From the NCBI GenBank assembly GCA_000708835.1, contig DF237083.1, positions 1 to 64,000 of the forward strand: a stretch of 64,000 nt of DNA, given 5' to 3'. A program made the position numbers and the translations under genes. The notes beneath the pieces are model-generated. The model was not told the DNA's origin. It was given only the letters and a program-made list of their open reading frames with translations, and did not search any database. This document shows positions 45,493-57,210 of the stretch, piece by piece; within the stretch, counting starts at the first letter, position 1, and each line of letters begins with the position of its first letter. Source of the DNA: Klebsormidium nitens. Lineage: Eukaryota; Plantae; Klebsormidiophyceae.

Positions 45493-48400
45493 ATGGCGCT
45501 AAGCACGTCGCACCTCACATTACACCGTGGAACGCTTTGGGGCACAGCAATCTGCTCTGATGGGGTCGGTGGTGGCATCGGCCCGTTGACATCAGCATGC
45601 ACCAGCACCGCTGATGTCACCTTTGGGTCTCTTGCCAGGCGCGCTGACGTCAGCGCGGGCCGTGCACCCAGCGAGCGGAGCGATTGTGCCAAGTGCCGCT
45701 CCTTCGGCACGCCTTTAGGGGGTTCAGACCGGTTGACTAGAAGTAGACGGAAGAAGAACGAGTACTCGTTTCCTAATCTAGATTTTCTTTCTGGGAGAGA
45801 CGCGAGGGAGAGAAACCATGTGCCAGCCGCAACCAGGCAGCCATGGCCCGCCCCGAAAGCGGACGCCGGCGCCGACTTTTCCGAGTATGAGAGCGAGTTT
45901 GAGAGCGGGTTCGACAGCGGGATGGAGAGCGAGTTCGAGGGGCCGGCGGGGAGGACGCGAACCCGGCGGCGGCGCACCGGAACAGTGGGGATCCCTCTGG
46001 AGAGCAAACTGCGGCTGCAGTTTATGATGCGCTTGGCGAGGGCAGCGAGGGAAGGGGACGTCGATGCGGCGGAGGGGGGGCTGTCGGAGATGCGCGCACT
46101 GGGGCTGAAACCGGGCGCGAAGATTCATCATTCGGTGGTGTGCGCGTACGCGACGCAGGGGGACGGGGAAGGGGCGGTAAGTGCCGCTGGTGGTCCTGGA
46201 TAGCTTGTGGTGGATATCAATCGCTTATGGTTGATTAAGCTCAATGTGGCAGCCCTACGACCAGAAGTCGGTGCAGTCTGCGTTTATTGATCCACTCAAT
46301 CGAGATTGGGGAAGAGGCTTTTGGGAAAGCAGGGATGGCTCTTTCCGATGTGATCAGTGGGACACCATTGGGTGGCGCTAGTGAAAGCAGCTTCCCTATC
46401 GAAATGGGCGTCCCTACCAAAATGGAGGTGCTGTTCCAAGCACAGAGTCAATCGGCAACACAGTCGGGGAGAATGCTCATTGGCAGAAAGTTGCAGTAGG
46501 CAAAAGTCTTTCCGGCTTCGGCAGCAACGCTGTCTTCTCTTCTTTCTCAATTGATTTTCCCTGGCTCAACTCTCAATACGATATCCCCTTTCTCAAATCA
46601 GGTGCAAGCGCTCCGGCGGGCGCTCGCTACTGGCGAGCACCCCCTGCCGGAGACGTTCAAGGCGATTCTGCAGTGCTTTGCAAAGGCGGGGCTGGGTGCC
46701 CGGGTGGATCAAGTCCTGGCGCTGCTCGAGCGGGAAGGGCACGATGCACTGGGGCCGTGGCAGTGGGTGGTCGGTGAGTGGACCGCTCGTGTAAAGGCTC
46801 GAAGTATAAGTTATGCTGACTCGTTCGCAATCTGTAAAATGCTGTCCCCAACTAGAAGCAAGATGCTTTCGAGGTGTTCGAAAAACGGATGATTGCTCGG
46901 GGGACAGAGAAGTTGCTTCGGTAGCCGATGGTCATTGAAGCGAGGGTTGTGGTAGGTGTATCCCAGCATCCCGCGACTGGAAAGGCCTCCGGAAATTCCT
47001 GGATAGACGCAGCCAGTCAAACCTGCGTAGTTATACGTCATCTTTGTGCCTAATCATGAAGTCGTGGTTGATATGACGGGATCCCTTGAAAGGTGCAGTC
47101 ACCTTGGCAGCTTAGAAACATGCTAGGTATTAAGAAACATAAGAAGCCTGTTATTTGTCCAACCTGATTAAATATCTGCTGATTGAAATCATTCTCATTG
47201 CAGACGAGCTAGTTAAGCATGGGCACATAACCGACGCTAACCGCGTCTTCACCCACGGGGCGGCTGGGGGCCTTCCGGTGCCGTACGAACGGTGGATAGA
47301 GATGCTTCGGGTTAACGAAAGCTTTGGATTTACTGGGATGAAGGCGGTTTGGACGTACATCGATTTGATGCGGCGGAGGGGGCATCTACTGTCGGTGCTT
47401 GAGTACAACCGCATTCTTAAAGCCTTGGTGAGTGTTTCGATGAATTGAGAATGTTCGACTTGACGAAAGTGTCCACACTAGACGTACCTTATAAAGTTGA
47501 GAAACGAAGAGGTGCAGATTCTTGTCGTGCTTCATGAGTGAAGAGGGAGTGAAGCCGAAAAGACAAACTGATTGCCGTGATACGTCTTGAACTTGACGTG
47601 GCTCTAAGTGGTGTTTCACTTGACAGCGACATCTCGGAAGGTGTCAGTGGGAAGTTGCCTCTATCCTGGGTCTTCTTTGGTGCGAGCAACACTATTCGCA
47701 GCAGCTGTTCGCTCTCTCTATTGAAGTGGTACAGCAGAACCCGAGGAGCGACTAGTTTTCCCGTTCGAGGATCGTCGGTGTTAATTGTTCATGGCTCAGA
47801 ACGCTCTCGTCTTCCATTCGTTCTTCTATTCTATTCTCTGCTTTAGGCCGCTAGTTATACTAGACAGCCAGGTATACTACTGACTTTCGCTGGCGTGTCA
47901 TCATAAACTCGCAGTCAAACAACGCGTGGACGATCCGGCAGCGGGGCGTCTCCGTGGCAGCCATGGACATCGCGAGAGATCAGACGTGGGTTGAAATGGA
48001 GGAGCAGGGCCGTGAGTTTTGCAGCAAAACCCTGACCCTTCTTTAGTTCTTTCTGTTGTCCGCTTCTTAGTCGTCGAGCGGTCTGGTCGCCGTATGTTGT
48101 TCTGATCAAGTTCTTTCAACATCTCGCAACTTCGGACACCTTGCTGAGTGTAGAGTTCTCCCTGCCCTGTTGCTAATCGCATTATCCAAGACGTCACCCA
48201 GGATTTCCAGACAATGACGTCAATCTTTGGCCAAAGACGTCAGCAAGATTTGCCATCATGTCAGCCACCACCCTCCAATTTTGTCGCCCGTTGCAGCGGG
48301 CCAGCACCCCGACATCCACAGCTTCAACACTGTGCTGGAAGGATACATCCGGGAGCTCATTAGTGGCAGCAGGGACTCGTGAGTGGTTTCATCAGCTTTT

Positions 48401-51400
48401 CAAGTCTGCTTTCCTTGGGAACCTCGAAGAGTTTACTACTCTGCAGAGGGATCCGCGGGTTTGTGCCATTTAGTCGACATACTTCGGCTTCGATTCTGTA
48501 GTATTACGTTTTGAACCTTGCAATATGTTCAGTCGCCGAAGTTGAGGGCGGGAGAGGGCAGACTTCAACAGGGCGAAAGTAGACTGAACGAGAGGGGCTG
48601 TAAGTGAGCTGAGCATACTTTTTCATCGAGGATGTGGCTTGCTGGTCGTGATAGGCCGTGCAGCGACTGACCCCGCGCTGCTTCCTGGAGTTTAGCGCTT
48701 TCCCTGTGTCATCAAACCGTAAATCGGCTGACGTGAGCTGTTGTTCTGCTGCAGTGACGAGTACATAGAGGAAATCTTGGCCGGCCTGTATACTGACAAC
48801 CGGTTGCTCCAACCAAACCTCCAAACCTTCCTGTGAGTGGTCTCGATCTTCACAGGAAATTATCTCAAGAAGCAGGCATTGAGTCAAGTTGTCAGTGCTA
48901 CTGCCTCGTGTTGGTTTCGTCGTCGATTCGCGAGCGGTGGGGATTTGACTTTCTCCTGAAGCCATCGTTCAGAGTTTTGATGACACGAAGGGGCATCACG
49001 TGAAAGTGAAGCCTCAACTTCTCTGACCCTGAGAACACTTTGCATTCATCAAATGGGTTTGAGGTTCAATCGGATAGACTCGTAAGTTCGGCTCACCTTG
49101 TTGACCACCAAAGTCTTCCTCGGGCCCCCAACTCATTTCAGCGTCTTGCTCAAAGTTGCATAATTCTCGTATGTTCCACCGCCGTGAATCGGTCCCTTTT
49201 CTCGGGCACCTGCAGGCTCATGTTCGAGTTCTTCGCCATCAACCGGTACCTGGATACTGGGCGGCGCTACTTCTGGGCCCTGGTCAACTTTTACGGCCCA
49301 CACATCCTGCGTCAGTTGCCCCAGGAGGAAGACCGCGGCCGGGGCTCGGCGCTCGACATCTACGTACGAGGTTTAGTTCAGTCAGGTGGGTTTCGTCTGG
49401 CGAGTCCCTTTCCGTCGTCTTTTGTAGAAAGCACGAGCAGTTCCTCTCATATACAAGAGTTTAAAGGGTCGATCCTTCTCGTCAACATTGCGGCCGTGCT
49501 TTTCTGGTTTCTAAGAAGGACCACTACTTGGCCTCCCAAACATAGTCGTGAATTCTTCTGCGGGTAAGCCTGATCTGGCTAGACGAATCACACTTTCAAG
49601 ATCGATTCCTCTTGTGCTGATAGCTTTACTCAGTGTCCTTTGAGCTCAAACAACTGTCCTTCGCTGGATCAACGTCGGTGGTGGTTGTGACCTGTTCTGT
49701 CTACTCAGTTTCCTTTGGAAGTGGAGACCATCGAGCCGTCCGCGGTAGGGTACAAAGCAAAAGGCAAGGCTTTCAGTCACTGTTCAAAGACATCATATAG
49801 GCTGTGGGCATTTGCTTCGCCCACCGACCAACAGAAGCTTTGCTCACAGCCAAACAGACCTTCGAGGCTCGTGCAGACAACCTGCAAATTCACAATCACA
49901 AAAGAACGATACGAGTTTTTAACAGCCTGCGAGCTTGTAACCACCCCGCAGGCCATGCGGAGCCTCGTCTCCTTGACACCAATATGGAGCGCGCCTGGCA
50001 TTCAGACCTCGCAGCCATTGAAAGAGACGCAAACAAGGTTTCCCTCATGCTACTCCAAGCTAAAGGCTGACCGCTCCCAAAACAGTATTCCCTGCAGCCG
50101 GATTGACGAGCTCCTTCTCATCCTCGTAACATGGAGCGCGCAGGCGTGAAAAGAAGCCCACGTTGGATACTCAAACTCTACCTTTATCCTAACCCTCACA
50201 AACCCTTCTCGCAAGCCGCATTGACGAGCTCTTTCTCGTCCTGGCCAACCTGGAGCGCACGGGGTTGAGAGTAAAACCTACGTGTAAGATCAAATCCTAT
50301 CCTTAACTTTTACGCTAGTCCTTCTTAACCTCACCTAACTTCATTTCTTGCAGCCCGCATCGACGAGCTCCTTCTCGTCCTGGCCAACATGGAGCGCGCG
50401 GGGTTAAAAGTAAACCCACGGGTGATGGTGGTTAACCAGTGGGGCCGGTCGTTGTGCACCAGTTGGGTCGATCCGATGGACGTGGAAGTTGATCTGGGTT
50501 TCTTCAACGACCCCCTCGAAAAGTTTCGGGTAGTGGAAATTGAGGGCCAGGACCTGCCGGGGAGTGTGAAGGCGCGGCGGAAGCCCAACTGGGCCAAAAC
50601 GGACGAAGAGGTGAGGGGTTGGGGGACTGGTCCTTTTGTTCCAGGATCCGAGCGGAAGGAATGCTGATGCGTTGTCTGGGTTGCACGTTGATGATTGGTC
50701 GAGTGCTTTTGGAGCCGCTCGTAATCCTGCCGGATGCAAGGATGTTGCAGAATGAAGCCGCGGCTCCTTCAGATTGGAACTTTCAGGGTGTCGGTTTGAG
50801 GAAAAAGCCTCGACATCTTGGAAGTCCTTGTGCAGTCGCCCGGAAGAGAAGCGGCGCGGTCGAACCCAGCCCCGGCTCAGCGTGCAGTTCCGCCCTTCAT
50901 CACGCGGCAACAGCCCTCCTAAAAACAGTCAGACCTCCGCGAAAAACTTCCAAAAAAGCCTCAACATTTCCGTGATTCTGATGCAGTTGGCGGAGGAGAA
51001 GCGGCACAACCCGGACGACCCCGGCTTCGCTTTCTTCGCCCAGGGCGCGCCGTCCATCTCGTGGCAGAAGCACCTCTCGCTGCTGCAGCGGCGCAAGAAG
51101 CTGGACCGCCTCGACGCCGCCGTGCGCCGGGTGGACCCCGACGCGCCGCTCGAGGAGCGCTGGGAGGCGGAGAAGCTCGTCGAGCGGTGCAGGATCGATG
51201 TGAGCGATTTTGGAGCTTTTGAGTTCTGAGGCGCGCTCACATATGGGTGTTAGGAGTTTGAGAGTGACACTGGAGTCTGCTAATAAACGGGCCTGGGCTT
51301 GCTCATAAATGGGCCTGAAAAAGAAGGGAGGCGGAGTCGCTCGTCGAGCGCTTCAAGAATAGTGCGAGGGTCAAGGAGTTTTCGGTTTTGTTCGTAGATA

Positions 51401-54400
51401 GTCAAGGGTACGCTTAGAGGGTTCCGGAAAAAAGGAGTTGTTCATGATCGAACTCAAGGGTACGATTGAAACGCCTGTGATTTCCTTTTCTGCTTTCAGA
51501 AGCGTTGAGCGTTGAGAAAAGTTATTCATACGGTGCAGATTCAGGCTCGAAATCTGGGATTCTTGACTCTCTGGTAAAGAGGCTTGGGTGCAAAAAGCTC
51601 TTTCAAGGCCAGAGGATTGTCACGCTCTGCCCTCTCAGAGTGAGAGCGTTATGAATAAGAGGCTGTTGTTTTCAGAACTTTTCTTAGTGAGTTGGTACTT
51701 CTAGAGCACGTAGGCTAGGGGTGTGTCGAGACGACGTGATACCTACCGCCAACGTTTTCAACGCTCTCTGCATATTGACAAATGCTATTCGTGCGCCCTT
51801 CAGCCCTTCTCCAGCAGTTTGCATACTAAGCAATAGATGGCTTGAAGCGAGTTCTTACTTTTTTTCTCAAATCTGACTTGCAGATTGAGCAAGTCGGTGC
51901 TTATCGAGCGCGTGCCAAAGGCGGGAGCAAGCTTCTGGTTGCTGAGTCAACAGAAACCCTGTGGTCAACAGTCTAGAGCGCGTGTTTTCTCTTACAATGT
52001 TCTGTTCCGCTTACGTTGGTCTGATTTCTAATAATCTTTTGGTGCCTCTGATTGCAGATCGAGCGGTCGGTGCCGATCAAGCGGGTCCCGAAGGCGGCGA
52101 GCAAGCTGTTGGTGGCCGAACTGAAAGAAGAACTCGCGGGGTATAAGCAATCGACGGTCGGAACGCGGTCGCAGCTGTACGAGCGCGTGCAAAAGGCGCG
52201 GCGGGAGGCGCGGGCGCGCGGGTCCGAGATGTGGGTGCCGGCGGGATACGAGGGGGAGGAGCCCGAGGATAAGGCGGTGAGTGAGAAGAGGCCACGTGGC
52301 AGCATCTCACAAGTGGTCAGATTCCAGGGACGTTTGGTGTTGCAAAGTACGAGTGGGAGGAGCTTGTGGATAAGAGGGCGAGTGGGGAGGTGCCACGTGG
52401 CAGGTGGAGTGTCTCAAGAGGTCTTAATTCTTGGACGTTCTTGTGTCGTTCTCAAAATCTGCCGAGTGATTTCTGCGGGATCAGGGGGAAGAGCGTCAGA
52501 AGAAGGCGGTCAGGCAGACCAGGCCTGTTTCAGTTTCTCTCTTGTTCGTTCTCTGTTTTTTGCAAGTCACATGTTTTTGCCACCTTTTTTTTTTTGCATT
52601 CATAAGTCTGGCCTGGACCATTGACGGGCTGTAAAATGTGGCGTCAGCAGAGGAAAGGCTTAGCGCAACTGAACACGACCCATCGCCCTTGCAGCCTTGT
52701 CACCGTGCCCGCTTGATGCTCTCCTATGCGAACACCTGTATACCCTACTTAGTACAAAGGAGCGTTCTTTGAACGGTTTGAGGACCGGAGACAGAGTGTC
52801 AACGCTGAACGCCCTTCCAGCGGGAATTCGTCTGACGTACATCAAACGCCTCTCTGACGTCAGATTATGCTCTTCCTCCTCCCAGGCCGCCGAAGCCGCC
52901 CTAGACGCCGAGGTCGAGTCGCGCATTCGGATGCGCGAGGAGGCGAAAGTGGTGTACGACCATCCTCCGCTCCCGGGGGATCCCCCTGACGACTGGCTCT
53001 CGTTCCTGCGCGAGCACCGGGGGGAGAACTCCGGGCGGGCGATCCGCCCCATGGAGCCGTACTGGTACGACCGGGGGCACCGATACAGCGCCCGGCAGAA
53101 CGAGCTGGACACGTTGCTGGAGGAGAAGACGGAGGAAGAGTTTGAGGCGCTCGCCGTCGAGTGAGTCGGCTGCTTTTGGTGCTAAGTGTGTGCCAGCATT
53201 GAGGTCCCTCGGGTTCGATGCCGGACAGACAGTGATGGAACATTTAGGAGCCCAGACCCAGTGCTACCTGCTACGTGTTACTGTCAGCATACTTTCCACC
53301 CTTCATCAAGTATTGGAAGAAGCAGCGGGCCAATCAGCTGATATGCTTCGACGAGATGAGCCGTTTGTAAGGTATTTCTCTGATTTTCCCATATCTGTTC
53401 CCTGTTATTCTTAGGGGGCAAATGGGAGGGGGGGTTCCCCCACCTTCTCACAGGTAATCAAACAAGAAGGGCGGCACGAGCGGGCTGGCCGAGGACCACC
53501 TGACGACGACGGCGTGCTGTCTCCGACCATTCTGCTGACGTCCCTGATAATGTCACCCTATTTTTTGCCACTGGTACTTGAACAAGAAGAACGGCACGAG
53601 CGGGCTGGCGAATGACGACGTGCAGGAGTGGTGGCTTGGCTCCGGATCTCGACGATCTTTACATGATGCTTTATGGTAGCTTTCTGCTGACGTCACTAAT
53701 GACGTCACCCTGTGTTGTCACAGGTACCTGAACAAGAAGAGCGGCACGAGCGGGCTGGCGAAGGACGATGTGCAGGAGTGGTGGCGCATGGAGTGGGTGG
53801 ACGCGGCGAGCGGGTGGGGCTTCCACTGGGAGGACGACGAACGGGCCGCGTATCGGGACGGGCTGTTCGAACCGGCAGAATCGTATGACCGCATCCGGGA
53901 GTTCAACATGGCGCGGTATCTCATGCAAAAGGTAGGTGCAGGTGCTAAAACTGGGGGGCGCTAAGAAAAACGGTGAGAAGAGTAGAAACGAGGCGTTTGA
54001 CATGGCGCGGTATCTGATGTAAAAGGTGGGTGGAGGTGCTAAATCTGGGTGGAAAGCTGAGAAAAAAAGGGAGGGAGAATCAGGCGCTCCATATGGGGGG
54101 TGTTCGAAGCAAAAGATATGTGCAGGTTCAGAACGAGAGAGCGACTGTTCCCTTAAAGGCACAATCATTACGCGGCGTGGTCTTTAGTGCAAAAGGTGGG
54201 CACTTCTAGGGGTAAAAAAATATTGTTCCATGGAAGACCGCATTTGGGATTTCTGAATTTTGGGCGGTGTCTGGTGCAAAAGTGGGCGCAGTTTCAGGGA
54301 GGGAAAGTGAATGGTTGATGGAAGACCGCAGTCGGTATTTTAACATGACGCGGTGTCTAATGCAAATAGTGAGCGCCTTTTTGGGAGAGAAAGCGTACCA

Positions 54401-56156
54401 AACAGGGTCCGGATGGGGACTTCTACAGGGTCAGCAGTTCCCTCAAGCGATAGAGCTGTGGATTCTCTATCTCGAAAACTTTTTAGATTGCATGCTCCTG
54501 AAATACCTTGATCTTCAAATCCGCGCGACATTTGGAACATATTCTCACCGCTTCACCCAGCCTCCAAGCGTTTATGACGCAAGCGCCAGATCCTCAGAGG
54601 TTTGTAATCTGAGTCACGACCCGGCATCGTCAGGCGGTGAAACCAGGCGGCGCATTAAAATCAAGATCTCCACTGCGTGCTAGGAGTCCTCGAACTTCTG
54701 TAATCCAAGACCCTGAAACCAACTAAAAAACGAAATTTCGTCCGCAAATCTGAAAGCTCAATTCCAAGAGATGTAAACTTGCTAAATCTGAAAGTCGAGT
54801 CTCCTGTCTTGCCCGCCAGGTGGTGGAGCTGGGCGGCGCTCCAACAATGGAGGACTTCTTTTGTTTGCTTAGACTCCTCGAGGCCCTGGATTTAAGAGCC
54901 AAACCCTTGCAGAATCGGATATGATCCTGGAACGTCAAACCTCAAAATTCTACAACCTTGAACCACAAAACCCTAAACGGAGTGGCCCTGTCCGCCAGGT
55001 GGTCGAGCTGGGCGGCACCCCGACGATGGAGGACTTTTGTTTCCTCATTCGCCACGCCATCACGCTCGAAAAGGTGGAGGACCTGCCGGAGCTCCTCCAA
55101 GTGGCGCGCGAGCGCCACGGCTACGTCTACGGCCGGTAAGTCTTGCAACACTCGAGAATACCTTAGCCAAGTTCTTGAGCTTGTTGTTTGGTCATTCATT
55201 TCTGTTGCCGCCCCATCCTCAATCCAGACATAAGGGAGCTGCAATCGTCCAGGGTTTTGTTCCAATTAGATTCGGGACGAGTAGCGAAAGTTCCCGACAT
55301 CAAAATGTGAAGCACCGGGGCTTCTTTTCCGTTTACCTGGCCATTCCCCCCCAAGTACGGACTCTCGGGTGCGCTTTCCGTCTGTGCATTCCTCTATCGC
55401 TTTTGGTTGCAAGTCCCTTCTGAAGTCAGACTTTTGGTCAGAGTGTGCTTCTTGAGGTCCGTCCTGGCCAACTCGGTCCTTTGTGTATCGCATTTGCACT
55501 CGGCTTGAGTTCTTGATTGCTCGTAATCTCTTGCTTTCTTGCTAGCAGCCGCTTTGTGAACAGTTGAGCTTGCACCTGAAGCGGCTCCTGGAACGTTACA
55601 GCACGCTGCAGTAGTCGTATCATGTCAGCAATTTGATCGGACTGCCATAGGCACACTTTCAAAGGGACTATGCAAAAAACTTTCCCGCTGCAAATAGGTG
55701 CTGCGCTTAGATTGGTTGCTCTGCTTCTAGTCTGGAGCAGACGTATCCTTTGTCTTGCAGCAACCAAACAATTCGACTGGCATAAGAAGGCTCTGAAAGG
55801 TGTCTCGTAAACTTCTTCATGACAGTTTCAGCCCTGTAGTCCGTATCTCCATCCGTGTTTTCGTCCGCATCTATTCAGTACTCAAATGTGCGGCTGGGCC
55901 CGCTGACAAATGCTGACGTGTCACCCTGTGATTGGGCAGGTTCCTGTACGAGGACGCGTTGCAGGCCGCCGTGGAGGGCTGTCAAAAGGACACCGCAAAT
56001 CTGCTCATGCAAGAGGCGCAGGTAGCGGGGGTAGATGTGTCGGTCGAAGTGATGGAACGAGTTCTGAACATGAGCGACGAAGTAGACGAAAGCAATCTGT
56101 CGCTAGAGGAGCAGAGAAAGTTCAAAGAAGCGATGCGAGAGGAACAACGTATTTAA
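45493..56156 (+). CDS. PTAC3: Plastid transcriptionally active 3 (pTAC3/PAP1) homolog: PPR-like repeats plus SAP domain, about 1010 aa
   Basis: 14 exons in frame (3033 nt): 45493-46176, 46602-46773, 47204-47427, 47915-48011, 48297-48378, 48755-48832, 49216-49385, 50354-50610, 50987-51199, 52058-52276, 52886-53160, 53724-53931, 54999-55135, 55940-56156. Collinear with Arabidopsis pTAC3 motifs LRLxFM, PLPET, LQPN, SWxxPxxxExxLG, PKAASKxxVxELKEEL..GTR..LY.RVQKARR..WVP and KVxELGGxPT. Confidence 0.9.
53900..54375 (+). repeat. Six-unit degenerate tandem repeat (about 87-nt period) of an exon-end plus donor junction in pTAC3
   Basis: tgcaaaa-like anchors at 53924 (real), 54018, 54108, 54188, 54275 and 54361. 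Confidence 0.75.
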
Positions 56157-57210
56157 GCCCGCGTTTCCAGCCCAGGGGCTTTGAACCCTTTGAGGGGTAG
56201 AAATCCAGAAAACGAGAGCTGGCATGCTCAGTCGACAACCGAACGCGTGCACAAAGCAGAGTATTGCATTGGTTCACGAATGCATGGATCTCCCCGTGTC
56301 CAAAGTCGCCCAGTGGCGCTCTTCCAGCAACACGAGATTGTCAAGGACCCACTGATTTCCTTGGCGGGAGTTAATTTGCCATGTTCGCCTGACATTTCGC
56401 AAAGTCAGAATTCTTAAGGGACAGAATGGTTTCTGTGGACTTTCTTAGCAAGCACATGATGCCGCCAAAACTCAACAGCGGCACCTCATGATGCTGAGAG
56501 TCACAGAAACCATACCATCTGCCGTGCAAGCACAACCTGCCAGGGCGGCAGCCGAGTGGGAAAATATATTTTCTGCGGCGGCCACGCTCCTTTGATGGAT
56601 CAAGCTTGTATCGATTTGCTGCGGCTACCACTGCCATGCAGTGACCAGGGTCGAAAACATTCCAAGCCCCTTTACTATAGGAATCGATTGAAATGCAGCC
56701 ATGTGATGGGCGCGCTTCTCAATTGGGTCGCCGGCCAGATTGCCTCTGGCCGTGTCGACATCCGAACGACATTGCAATATTTAGCTGGTTTGCACCGACG
56801 TGGCACTGACTCGGCGTAGGCGTACTAAGTGCTGGTTTAACCCGCGGGCCAGGTGTGGCGCAGCCGGCGGATCTCTGACTCTCTGGTTTTCCCTGATGTC
56901 GGCTGTCAGTATCATGGCCGGTACTTCACCCGGTCGACATGGACGAACGCCCACAAGATTGCGACGGCAGTCCCAATGTCGAGCAGATACTATGGTCACA
57001 GCAGGGACTCTGCTTTCGCACTTAACGATAGAAAACCACCACAGCTCTTTAAGACGGGTTTAAGACAAACATTTGCGCTCTAAACAAGACGCACATCGTT
57101 CCTCGCAAGTCCAACATCAGCAGCTGCTTTTTCACTTGCTCTAAGCGCATTCATTTGCTCCGGCTGAACCCCACGACAGATCAGCTGATCTCGCAATTAC
57201 AGCCTGCAAT

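Noticed and set aside
35324-54375. CRISPR-like interpretation of the periodic arrays
   Set aside because: Eukaryotic context, degenerate units matching host exon ends, no cas genes, and no unique-spacer architecture
56180-57100. Short ORFs between pTAC3 and the USP gene
   Set aside because: No recognisable motif, codon bias or consistent splice pattern; likely UTR or promoter
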